DNA of 64,000 nt from Acidobacteriota bacterium (GTDB lineage: Bacteria; Acidobacteriota; UBA890; WLXD01), in assembly GCA_965248695.1 (NCBI GenBank), contig CBDFKD010000002.1, positions 2,912,001-2,976,000 on the forward strand. Direction: 5' to 3'. The translations under genes were made by a program, and so were the position numbers. Below the pieces are notes generated by a model. It was not told the origin of the DNA. It saw only the letters and a program-made list of their open reading frames with translations, and ran no database searches. Positions 1 to 8,600 of the stretch are shown here, piece after piece (the stretch's first letter is position 1; the number at the start of each line of letters is the position of its first letter).

Positions 1-10
1 TGGGGCCCAG

Positions 11-1387
11 GTGGATCCTTTCAGACCAGCCTCACAGAATCCGCCTCAGCATCGGTCCTCATGGTACGTTCGATCGGTGGATAACCAGCATCGGCACGAA
101 AGCCACCGGCTAACTCGTCGTTTCCGAGCAGGACCGATCGTCGCCATGCTTTGCCTGCTGGTCGCCCGAGCGGAGTCTTCCCCTTTCTCCGGAAGAGCCT
201 CTCTCAATGCGGTCGAGTTGCTGACGACGTTTTCCGGTGAGAGCGCTCAGAAGTACGCGCCGTTCTTCCGATTCGCGGAAGAAGCCAGAATCGTCGGTGT
301 GGAGATCCACGCCGTCGGAACGGAGAGCACCACCGCCCGGTACTCCGGTAGGAACAGACCTTCGAAATCGATCAACAACATCTTGCGACTCACGACCGCG
401 GACGGATTCGAGGGTGTATCCGGCGTGGCATCCTACGGACGAGAGTTCGACCGAGAGCATCTGGTGGAGTTGCAGGGCGTCGCCGCTGACCTCCTTGGCC
501 TGCAGTCATTGGACCCGGTCGAGGTCGGGACGATGCTCGATCGAACGAAACCCGGCTTGAGCGATGCAGCTCGCTCGAGCATCGATATCGCACTGTGGGA
601 TCTGGCGGCACGCAAGGCAGGCCTTCCTCTCTACCAGCTGCTGGGGGCGAAGCGGGATTCGATTGAGCCTTACGCCAGCCTGCCCTTCTACGAATCGCTT
701 CCCGAGTACGTCGAGGCTGTCAACGAGTACGCCAAGCTCGGCTTCAGGGCTTTCAAGTTCCACGTCTGGGGTCTGATCGAGGAGGACTCCCGACTCGTGG
801 AGCTGGTTCAGGAGACGTTTGCAGACTCTCCCTATCGCTTCATGACCGATCAGGAGGGAGCGTACAGCTTCGAGGAAGCCCTCAGGCTGGGTGGGGAAAT
901 GGATGAGCGACTGTTTGTCTGGTTCGAGGCGCCCATCGACGACGAGCTTCTGGAGCAATACGCGGAGCTCAGGAGCAGGGTCGCGGTTCAGATCATTCCG
1001 GCTGGATACAGCATCTATTCTCCCGAGTTCATCAGGCAGGGGATCGAGGCCGGTTCATGGGATGCGGCCAGAGTCGATGCGACGGCGATCGGCGGGATCT
1101 CGAGAGTGCTCGAGATCCTGATGATCACCAACGAAGCTGACCTGCCAATCGAGATCCAAAGCTGGGGCCACTCGCTGGCCCAGGCAGCCAACCTCCACCT
1201 GATGCTGGCCAATGAGCGAACCCGGTACTTCGAGGCTCCGATGCCCAAGGAGGCCCATGAGTTCGGGATGAAGAACGGCAACTTGCTCGATCAGGGGCGG
1301 GCCGTTCCGCCGCAGAGACCCGGGCTGGGCATCGAGGTGGACTGGGATCGCCTGGCCACGGCAGATTTCTACGCCTACTCGAAGTAG
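11..1387 (+). CDS. Mandelate racemase/muconate lactonizing enzyme (enolase superfamily) protein; true start probably downstream (e.g. ATG 146)
   Basis: Capping-domain motif SSIDIALWDLAARKAGLPLYQLLG; barrel motifs AFKFH, MTDQ, WFEAP; C-terminal PPQRPGLGIEVDW. Confidence 0.85.
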   Translation: MDPFRPASQNPPQHRSSWYVRSVDNQHRHESHRLTRRFRAGPIVAMLCLLVARAESSPFSGRASLNAVELLTTFSGESAQKYAPFFRFAEEARIVGVEIHAVGTESTTARYSGRNRPSKSINNILRLTTADGFEGVSGVASYGREFDREHLVELQGVAADLLGLQSLDPVEVGTMLDRTKPGLSDAARSSIDIALWDLAARKAGLPLYQLLGAKRDSIEPYASLPFYESLPEYVEAVNEYAKLGFRAFKFHVWGLIEEDSRLVELVQETFADSPYRFMTDQEGAYSFEEALRLGGEMDERLFVWFEAPIDDELLEQYAELRSRVAVQIIPAGYSIYSPEFIRQGIEAGSWDAARVDATAIGGISRVLEILMITNEADLPIEIQSWGHSLAQAANLHLMLANERTRYFEAPMPKEAHEFGMKNGNLLDQGRAVPPQRPGLGIEVDWDRLATADFYAYSK

Positions 1388-1492
1388 AGCGGTCGCCGCG
1401 GTTCCGACGAGCTGGTCTCAGCAATGGATTGCGCTGAGCACTAACGCGTCTTCCAGAGTGAGCTCGTACCCAACTCGCACAGGAGCGTAGCG

Positions 1493-2791
1493 ATGATCCG
1501 AGGGAGTTTCCGCCTGTTGACCGGACGGCTACTCATCGCCGCGGGCGGAGCGGCATCTCTAGACCTCGGTTGTTGCTCTGCGGCCGCGGCTCAAAGAACA
1601 CCGTTCCTCACGACGCGGCAGGCGCTAACTCTCCTGAGCGCGAACGATGGCGCTTCACTCAGCCGATGGGGTGGCGCCGACGTCCCCAGCGAGGCCGACG
1701 CAATGCCCGACTCCATCACCGTGATTCACCTCGGTCCAGACCACCCGCCCGTCACGACCACCGTGTATGGAACTGTGCCCAACACGATCTACGGGTCTCC
1801 TCACATGGCTATCGCCGGCGCCGGTCGATACGGTTTCGTGACCAACCACTCGTGGCGCTTCGAACCAGAGACGGGTCAAGCTGGTAGTGCCGCCGCGCTG
1901 CCCTCCTATCGAGCCGACATCCTGAGCGTCATAGACCTCTCCACCGACAACCTCGCGGTGGTGGATCGGATCGAACTACCGCCGAATCCATGGATGGCGG
2001 TGACCCACCCCGATGGAGAACGGGTGTTCGTCGCTGGAGGATCGAGGTTCCACATCTTTCGTGTCGTGGATGAGGGAATCCAACGCGTCGCCGAGATTGA
2101 AACCCCGGTAACGATCAGCTCGTTCGACATCAGCCCCGACGGCAGGTTGCTCCTCGGTACAGGCACTTCGGAGTCCGGTGCCGACGACGCATCGCCCTCC
2201 GACCTTCCAGGAGGGATCTTTCTGTTTCGCATTCGCGGCAATGATCTCGAGTACCTGCACGAGGTTGAGCCAGACGAGGGGATCGTGATTGACGGCCCGT
2301 TTTCCCCTCGTTTCGACCCGCGAGGCCGGCTGGCGATCGTCTTGAATGGGCTCGGGCTGTCGGCAAAGGGCAGGCTCGACGACGTTCTGCTCGTCGACAT
2401 GACGCTCGAGCGACCTCGCGTTACCGCTGCTATTCCCGATGTCGCCGATGGCCTGGAGAGCGTGGCCTTTCATCCGGATGGCGACATGGCCGTCGTATCC
2501 TGCCTGGGTTACGCCAACGGTATTCCCGAGGACTCCACGCTGGTGAGCCATCTGGCTGTCATAGACCTGTCAACCGATCGAGCAAGCTTGCTCTACTACC
2601 TTCCCATCGAGCCGATTCCAGAGGGAATCGAGTTCACGCCCGACGGGACGCAGCTCTTCGTCGGCACGACGTTCGCGAATCACATCGCCGTCTATGAGGT
2701 GGACGGACGGATGCTCACCAGAAACCCGTTCGTCCTGAGAACCGGTCACGGCCCATCGTCGTTGGCTTTGGCAGCGAGATTTGGGCGCTGA
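1493..2791 (+). CDS. Secreted YncE/lactonase-like beta-propeller protein
   Basis: AGGAG RBS before ATG; hydrophobic N-terminus; repeated blade motifs (ISPDGR, FHPDGD, FTPDGT, LSVIDL, LAVIDL). Confidence 0.7.
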   Translation: MIRGSFRLLTGRLLIAAGGAASLDLGCCSAAAAQRTPFLTTRQALTLLSANDGASLSRWGGADVPSEADAMPDSITVIHLGPDHPPVTTTVYGTVPNTIYGSPHMAIAGAGRYGFVTNHSWRFEPETGQAGSAAALPSYRADILSVIDLSTDNLAVVDRIELPPNPWMAVTHPDGERVFVAGGSRFHIFRVVDEGIQRVAEIETPVTISSFDISPDGRLLLGTGTSESGADDASPSDLPGGIFLFRIRGNDLEYLHEVEPDEGIVIDGPFSPRFDPRGRLAIVLNGLGLSAKGRLDDVLLVDMTLERPRVTAAIPDVADGLESVAFHPDGDMAVVSCLGYANGIPEDSTLVSHLAVIDLSTDRASLLYYLPIEPIPEGIEFTPDGTQLFVGTTFANHIAVYEVDGRMLTRNPFVLRTGHGPSSLALAARFGR

Positions 2792-3129
2792 AGTCTCGTC
2801 ACCACCCCAGTTTTTTCACAACACACTAACGAAGTTCCCCAAGGCAACCTCTCCATGGCAGAGCGGTAATGTAATATCGCTCTTACTGCCCTGGTGTGGC
2901 CTGATACCAGCGCCTAGGGTGATAAGGCGCTCCGACGAGCGACGAGCGGTTTCTGGCCGGTGCCCCGGCCCCGGCGGACCCTCACGTGCCTCAGCGATAG
3001 GCTTCAGGCGCTCACCTACCCTGCTTGGGGAGCGCATGGACCCGGCACCTGATGGGCCACTACGAGATCCTCGCCCTGCTATGACTTTGACCGAGATACA
3101 TCCGACTGACGTTTTATGGGAGATCAGCA

Positions 3130-4713
3130 ATGTCAGAACAAGCTAGCTCAACAGTTTGTGTCGACGATGAGAGCCTCACATCAGTCTCAGAACAACCCAA
3201 ACAACTCAAATACTGTGTGAATGGTGCGTGGCTCACATCCAACACCGACACCTATATGGACTGCTACAACCCATCTACGGGCGAGATCATTGCTAAGGCT
3301 CCGCAATGTACAGCAGAAGAGGTGAACTCAGCAGTCGCGGCCGCCACGGCAGCTTATCCGGGATGGTCCAATACCCCAGTGGTCCGACGTGTTCAGGTGC
3401 TGTTCAAGCTCAAGACGCTCCTCGAACAGCACCTGGATGAACTGACTGAGCTGTTGGCCCGAGAAATGGGCAAAGCATGGGATGAAGCGAAGGGCGACGT
3501 CCTAAAAGTGATTGAAGTCGTCGACTTTGCCTGTGGTATGCCGCATCTCATGAAGGGCGAGTCCCTGATGGATTGCAGCACAGATTACGATACGACGATG
3601 TATCACCATCCAGTGGGTGTCTTCGCTGGAATCGCCCCTTGGAATTTTCCCGCGATGATCCCCCAGGGTTGGATGGCTCCGATCTGTATCGCCGCGGGAA
3701 ATTGTTTCGTACTGAAAGCCGCCAGCTTCGTTCCTCAAACATCAATGCGAATCACGGAGCTATGGTATGAGGCGGGGCTCCCCAAAGGTGTTTTGAACAT
3801 CGTAACGACCAGCCGGAATGAAGCGGAACTGTTACTCGAGCATCCAGATATCGCTGGGGTTACTTTCGTTGGCTCAACCAAAGTTGGTCGGCATATCTAC
3901 TCGACAGCCGCCGCCAACGGCAAGCGGGTTCAAGCTCTGACCGAGGCCAAGAACCACGCCCTGGTATTGGAAGACTGTGTGCTGGAAAGGACAGCCAAAG
4001 GAATTGTCAACGCGTTCTCTGGCTGTGCCGGCCAACGGTGCATGGCTCTGCCGGTTATTTGTGTTGAAGAGAGCATTGCCGACAGGTTGGTTGAATCTCT
4101 GGTGAGACTCTGTTCCGAAGTGACGCTGGGACCGGCCTATGAACGAAGCACTGGGATCGGTCCGCTAGTGAACAAGGGACATTTGAACCACGTGAGCGAT
4201 TGGATTCAAACGGGTGTTGACGAAGGGGCCACACTCGTTCTTGATGGTCGACAGCCTGACGTGCCGGGATACGAAGACGGCTTCTATATGGGACCGACCA
4301 TCTTCGATCACGTGACTGAGGAAATGGCCGTTGGGCGGGATGAGATCTTTGGGCCGGTGATTTGCATAAAGCGTATCCAGAACTTTGAAGAAGGTCTGGA
4401 GATCATGAACAACAGTGAGTTTGCCAACGGTTCCGCGATCTATACTCAAAGCGGCTACTACGCCCGTGAGTTTTCCAAGCGAAGCCATGGTGGCATGGTT
4501 GGTGTGAACGTTGGTATTCCGGTCCCATTGGGCATCTTCGGTTTCACTGGACAGAAACAATCATTCTTCGGTGACTTACATACGATGGGGAAAGATGGGG
4601 TGAGGTTCTTTACCGAACTGAAATGTGTCACCACCACCTGGTTTACGGAAGCAATGGCCTCGGACCAGGTCAATACCTGGGACGGAACCATTGACATTGG
4701 ATCAGACGACTGA
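3130..4713 (+). CDS. mmsA: CoA-acylating (methyl)malonate-semialdehyde dehydrogenase
   Basis: ALDH motifs PWNFPAMIP, FVGST, GKRVQAL-EAKNH, catalytic GCAGQRCMA, EIFGPV, GMVGVNVGIPVP, SFFGDLH. Confidence 0.92.
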   Translation: MSEQASSTVCVDDESLTSVSEQPKQLKYCVNGAWLTSNTDTYMDCYNPSTGEIIAKAPQCTAEEVNSAVAAATAAYPGWSNTPVVRRVQVLFKLKTLLEQHLDELTELLAREMGKAWDEAKGDVLKVIEVVDFACGMPHLMKGESLMDCSTDYDTTMYHHPVGVFAGIAPWNFPAMIPQGWMAPICIAAGNCFVLKAASFVPQTSMRITELWYEAGLPKGVLNIVTTSRNEAELLLEHPDIAGVTFVGSTKVGRHIYSTAAANGKRVQALTEAKNHALVLEDCVLERTAKGIVNAFSGCAGQRCMALPVICVEESIADRLVESLVRLCSEVTLGPAYERSTGIGPLVNKGHLNHVSDWIQTGVDEGATLVLDGRQPDVPGYEDGFYMGPTIFDHVTEEMAVGRDEIFGPVICIKRIQNFEEGLEIMNNSEFANGSAIYTQSGYYAREFSKRSHGGMVGVNVGIPVPLGIFGFTGQKQSFFGDLHTMGKDGVRFFTELKCVTTTWFTEAMASDQVNTWDGTIDIGSDD

Positions 4714-6939
4714 GCTGACGAAGGGCTCGTCGTCCAGGAAGCGCCGAACCACATTCTCCGAGATCCGGGACACGTTGTTGTCGTAGCCATTGTGCGGAAG
4801 GCTCGCGCCCCAAGCGATGGATCCAACGGAGAACACGGCACCGCCTCCAGGCGTTTCGAAGAACGTCATGTCGGCGCGAATGTCGGGGTTCTGTATGCCA
4901 TCCATGGCGCTGTGGTGAAAACCGGTCTCGTCTGGCACCAGGTAGGTGTTTTCGGTGTGACCTTCGGAACTTGCGACGACCAGGGCATGGGAAGGCGTTC
5001 CCAGCAGAGGGTCCACCGCATCGATTTCTGAGCCGCTGGCGCCGCCGCCCTTGATTCCGAAATCGCCGATCACTTCATCGTCGCCGATCCCCGCGAACAT
5101 GAAGCTGACGCGAGGGTCGAAGCTCGCCTCTTGGCGCACGTAGTAGCCGGAAGCGTCAAACCCGACGGCGACCGTGCCTACGCCCACCAGAGCCTGTGGT
5201 GCCATGCCGAGGCGTCGCCACAAACCGCCGTATTCTCCAGTGAACTCCAGGTACGACTCACCGGGTTCCTCGTCGCGATAACGAATGCCGTCTTCAGGCC
5301 GGCGCAACTCGACCACGCCGGGCATTGCCGATGACAAGGCGCAGCGCCAGATGAAGCCGTTGCCGCCCAGATAGATCAGACGACCTTCTCGGGCGAGATA
5401 CGCGCGCAACCCATCCCACATCGGGGTCGTGAAGTACTCAGGATGAGTACCGGTCAGCACGGCCTGGTATCCATCGAGCAGCGCGGCACCTTCCTGGTGA
5501 AGGTCCTCGTCGGTGATCACGTCGTACTCGATACCCTGACTCTGTAGCCAACCCAGGATGTGGGTGTCGGCATTGAAGCTCCACAAGGGTGTCTTCGGCG
5601 CCATGTTGAGCACCGGACGCAATCTCGACGCATAGCGCACGCCGCTGCCGTCAGAATGGGTGTCGTAGGTCGACAACCCGACCTCGTTGTGCTCCTGCAG
5701 GAACACGTCGCCTTTGTCCAGCGTGGTCCACACGGCCTCCGCCACCTCGCAAAAACGCTCATGGAACAGCCAGTGGTAGTTCGCGTATGCCATGTAGGTA
5801 ACCGTGGAGGCCAGGAAAGCGAGCTTTGAAGTGGTGGTACCCCTCGGTGGTCGAACGAAGAAGGTGACGTACGACTCGTCGTCATCGGTCTTCAGGCGCA
5901 CCGCGTAGACACCACTCCGGAGGTCATCGGGCACGGTGTATTCGAAGTCCGTCTCCCATCCGGCGTCGTAGAGATCGTCGTCGTGGAAGTGGATAGCGCC
6001 GTATTCCTGCGGTGCGTGACGCCAACTCTGCTCGTTGCCGCTCCAGTTGAAGCCTTTGCAGCCGCGCGAAGGCAGGTTGACGGTTTCGCCGTGAAGGCGG
6101 TTGGGGCCGACATCGTGTATCGCGCACCCACCGATATCGCGTGAGAAATCCCAGGCAGCGATCACCTGGGTATCGCCTTCAGTGGCTAGAGCATCCCAGC
6201 CTGTCAACGAGCGTTCCGCCGGAGACAGCGACCGAGCGATCAGCCGCGGCCGATCGATCTTGCCGTTGTAGTGGCATCGAGAGCCCGTTTTCGCGGTCGG
6301 CAACGTCTTCGGCAGCGCTGCAAACATGAGCGGCGCGTTCGACTCGATCACCGCACCCAGTTCGACCTGGCTCGTCGCATCGACGCCCCTGTGGCTTTCA
6401 TGGTCGACATTGAGGGGCTCCTGGCAGACGCTCAGCTCGCCCGTCGAGGCATCGTACGACCCGCTGACCAGATGCCAGCGCCGCATGGCCAGGGGCACAC
6501 CGGTGCTGATCTCGGCGACGTTGCCGCCACCGTCGCCCACCCGCATGGTCAGCGCGCCGGCACCGTTGATCAAGAGGGCGAACCCGAGGCCTGGATCATC
6601 CTGCCAGCGGGCCATGAGACCCTGCTCGCCCTTGTGCGGTGTAGTCGGCCAGATCCATGCCTGAACGGTGAAGCTATCGAGCGCTGCAAGCTCAGGGGAA
6701 CCGAGCACCAGTGCGTAGGAACCGCAGTCGATCGGCTGCGACCGGGCCGCGTACTCGCCGCTGAACGGTGCTTCGATTGCTTCGTCGCGATAGAGATTGC
6801 GGTCGGGGTCGTCGTCACCGCAGATGACTCGAACCAGATCGGCTCGATAGCGCTCAGGACCATACGTGCCCACCATGATGCTGAGCGTCTCCCCCGGTGC
6901 GACGCTCCACACATTGCTGTATCCCAGGATCGTCTTCAT
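4702..6939 (-). CDS. N,N-dimethylformamidase large (beta) subunit family protein
   Basis: N-terminal GYSNVWSVAPGE, LamG-like region, YGAIHFHDDDLYDAGWE, TYMAYAN, LSTYDTHSDGSG, TGTHPEY, YLGGNGF, GGAVFSVGSIAW. Confidence 0.9.
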   Translation of the reverse strand: MKTILGYSNVWSVAPGETLSIMVGTYGPERYRADLVRVICGDDDPDRNLYRDEAIEAPFSGEYAARSQPIDCGSYALVLGSPELAALDSFTVQAWIWPTTPHKGEQGLMARWQDDPGLGFALLINGAGALTMRVGDGGGNVAEISTGVPLAMRRWHLVSGSYDASTGELSVCQEPLNVDHESHRGVDATSQVELGAVIESNAPLMFAALPKTLPTAKTGSRCHYNGKIDRPRLIARSLSPAERSLTGWDALATEGDTQVIAAWDFSRDIGGCAIHDVGPNRLHGETVNLPSRGCKGFNWSGNEQSWRHAPQEYGAIHFHDDDLYDAGWETDFEYTVPDDLRSGVYAVRLKTDDDESYVTFFVRPPRGTTTSKLAFLASTVTYMAYANYHWLFHERFCEVAEAVWTTLDKGDVFLQEHNEVGLSTYDTHSDGSGVRYASRLRPVLNMAPKTPLWSFNADTHILGWLQSQGIEYDVITDEDLHQEGAALLDGYQAVLTGTHPEYFTTPMWDGLRAYLAREGRLIYLGGNGFIWRCALSSAMPGVVELRRPEDGIRYRDEEPGESYLEFTGEYGGLWRRLGMAPQALVGVGTVAVGFDASGYYVRQEASFDPRVSFMFAGIGDDEVIGDFGIKGGGASGSEIDAVDPLLGTPSHALVVASSEGHTENTYLVPDETGFHHSAMDGIQNPDIRADMTFFETPGGGAVFSVGSIAWGASLPHNGYDNNVSRISENVVRRFLDDEPFVSSVV

Positions 6940-7269
6940 TTAATCAACTCCTGGGCCTTGGCACTCGATCCCTGGCAGGTCTGTCCCGGTCACCGTTCGC
7001 CAGCGCCTCTTGAAGACCTCCCACACACCTTCGCCGTAGTCGTCAAAGACCTGGTCCTCGAACAGCTCCAGCCTGGCGCCGCGTTCCGACGGCATTCTTG
7101 CCAGCGTCCACTGGCGGCCACGCTCCGTGCACACGAGAATATGGCGATCGGCCATCGGCATGACTCGAAGCCGGTTCACCACCAGGGTGAGCTCAGCGCT
7201 GTGAGGTCCGCCGGGGTTGTTGCGAAATTCTTCCGCGAGATCCGTTCTCGAAGGATCGATTTCATACAT
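6940..7269 (-). CDS. N,N-dimethylformamidase small (alpha) subunit-like protein
   Basis: 109 aa; EF..NP.GPHS.EL..V.NRLR and W.VFKRRW patterns; stop codon abuts the large-subunit ATG with no gap. Confidence 0.75.
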   Translation of the reverse strand: MYEIDPSRTDLAEEFRNNPGGPHSAELTLVVNRLRVMPMADRHILVCTERGRQWTLARMPSERGARLELFEDQVFDDYGEGVWEVFKRRWRTVTGTDLPGIECQGPGVD

Positions 7270-7374
7270 CAGACGCTCCTGGATCCGACGGTCACAAAGC
7301 AGCGGTCAGGGAACTCAAGGAGACCATCATTGGGAATCAATCGCGATCGTGCCCTGGAGGAATGCCAGCCCGAG

Positions 7375-8574
7375 ATGGAGTTGGCGTTCAGCCTGGAAGA
7401 GTTCGAGCATCGTCTGCAGCGCATACGGGCGCGCATGCAGAACGAAGACATCGATGTCCTGTGGCTCATGGCTCCCGAGAGCCTCTACTACGTGAGCGGC
7501 TACAAGTGCATCTGGTATCAGGCACAAGGCCCGAAACAATGGCCCGCCACCAGCGGAATCGCAATTCACAAGGACCGTGACGACTTCATCCTGTTCGACA
7601 CGCCGAGCGAGAGGATCATGTGCCGCTTCGTGACGTGTGCCAAGGACATCCGGATCTTCCCGATAGGGGGGCGTCGCGATGGCATCTCGTTCATCACCGG
7701 CGAGCTGAAGTCACTGGGCTGGTTGTCTTCCGGCACGGTCGGAATGGAGTTTCACAGCTATCGGCCCAATCCCACCATCAGCAAACGGTTCCGGGGCGCC
7801 TTCGAGAGCGCTGGCATGAGCGTGACGGACGGCAGCGATATCTTGCGCGAGCTCCGTTGGGTCAAATCGGTGGCCGAGATCGCGTGTCTCGAGAAGGCCT
7901 CGGAGATCACCGACATCGGTTTGCAGGCGGCGCGGGATGCCATCCGGCCCGGCGTCACCGAGCTGGACGTCTACGGCGAGATCGCCACCGCCATGGCCAA
8001 GGCTGGCGGAGAGAACCCGGGGCTCACACTGCCGGTGAACTCAGGGCCGAAGGCTAATTGCGGCCATGCGCTGGCCAGCCGCAAGGTCATCCAGGCCGGT
8101 GAACAGGTCAACGTCGACGTCAGTGGCGTGTTCAACCGGTATCACTCCAACGCGGGACGGTCCTTTCATGTCGGCGAGCCCGCCAAGGACGTCCTCGAAT
8201 ATCACCGGCTATCGACTGGCGTTTTCGACGTAATCGCCGACATCCTTCGCCCGAACCTGCCGGTCGCGGAGCTCGTCACCAGGACCCGGGCCTACTACGA
8301 CGAGGTCGGCATCTGGTCTGATGCCGCCTGGGTCGGCGGGTACGAGCTCGGCCTCGCCTTCCCGCCCGACTGGGTCGGCAACTACGTCTACGAGATGACC
8401 GATACCGAGACGGGCCGGCTCCTGGAGCCTGCCACGGTGGTCAATTTCGAGAGCCAGTTCTTCTCGCCGCGCATGTCTGGAATCACGTACTACATCGATA
8501 CGCTGATGTTCAAAGCAGACACTGCGTTTCAACCTCTGGAATCGCCGCTGGATCTGGTTGTGGTCGGAACCTAG
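7375..8574 (+). CDS. M24 (creatinase/Xaa-Pro peptidase/ectoine hydrolase-like) family hydrolase
   Basis: Start reassigned from 6271 to ATG 7375 (GGAGG upstream): FSLEEFEHRLQRIRARM, YYVSGY, LRWVKSVAEI, IRPGVTE, GLAFPPDW. Confidence 0.85.
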   Translation: MELAFSLEEFEHRLQRIRARMQNEDIDVLWLMAPESLYYVSGYKCIWYQAQGPKQWPATSGIAIHKDRDDFILFDTPSERIMCRFVTCAKDIRIFPIGGRRDGISFITGELKSLGWLSSGTVGMEFHSYRPNPTISKRFRGAFESAGMSVTDGSDILRELRWVKSVAEIACLEKASEITDIGLQAARDAIRPGVTELDVYGEIATAMAKAGGENPGLTLPVNSGPKANCGHALASRKVIQAGEQVNVDVSGVFNRYHSNAGRSFHVGEPAKDVLEYHRLSTGVFDVIADILRPNLPVAELVTRTRAYYDEVGIWSDAAWVGGYELGLAFPPDWVGNYVYEMTDTETGRLLEPATVVNFESQFFSPRMSGITYYIDTLMFKADTAFQPLESPLDLVVVGT

Positions 8575-8600
8575 CCAGGCGACGAGAGGGAGGATTCGAA

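Noticed and set aside
6271-7374. 368-codon N-terminal extension of the M24 ORF (767 aa in the track), suggesting a fusion or overlapping gene
   Set aside because: It is the antisense shadow of the two DMFase genes; M24 similarity starts only at ATG 7375, which has its own RBS
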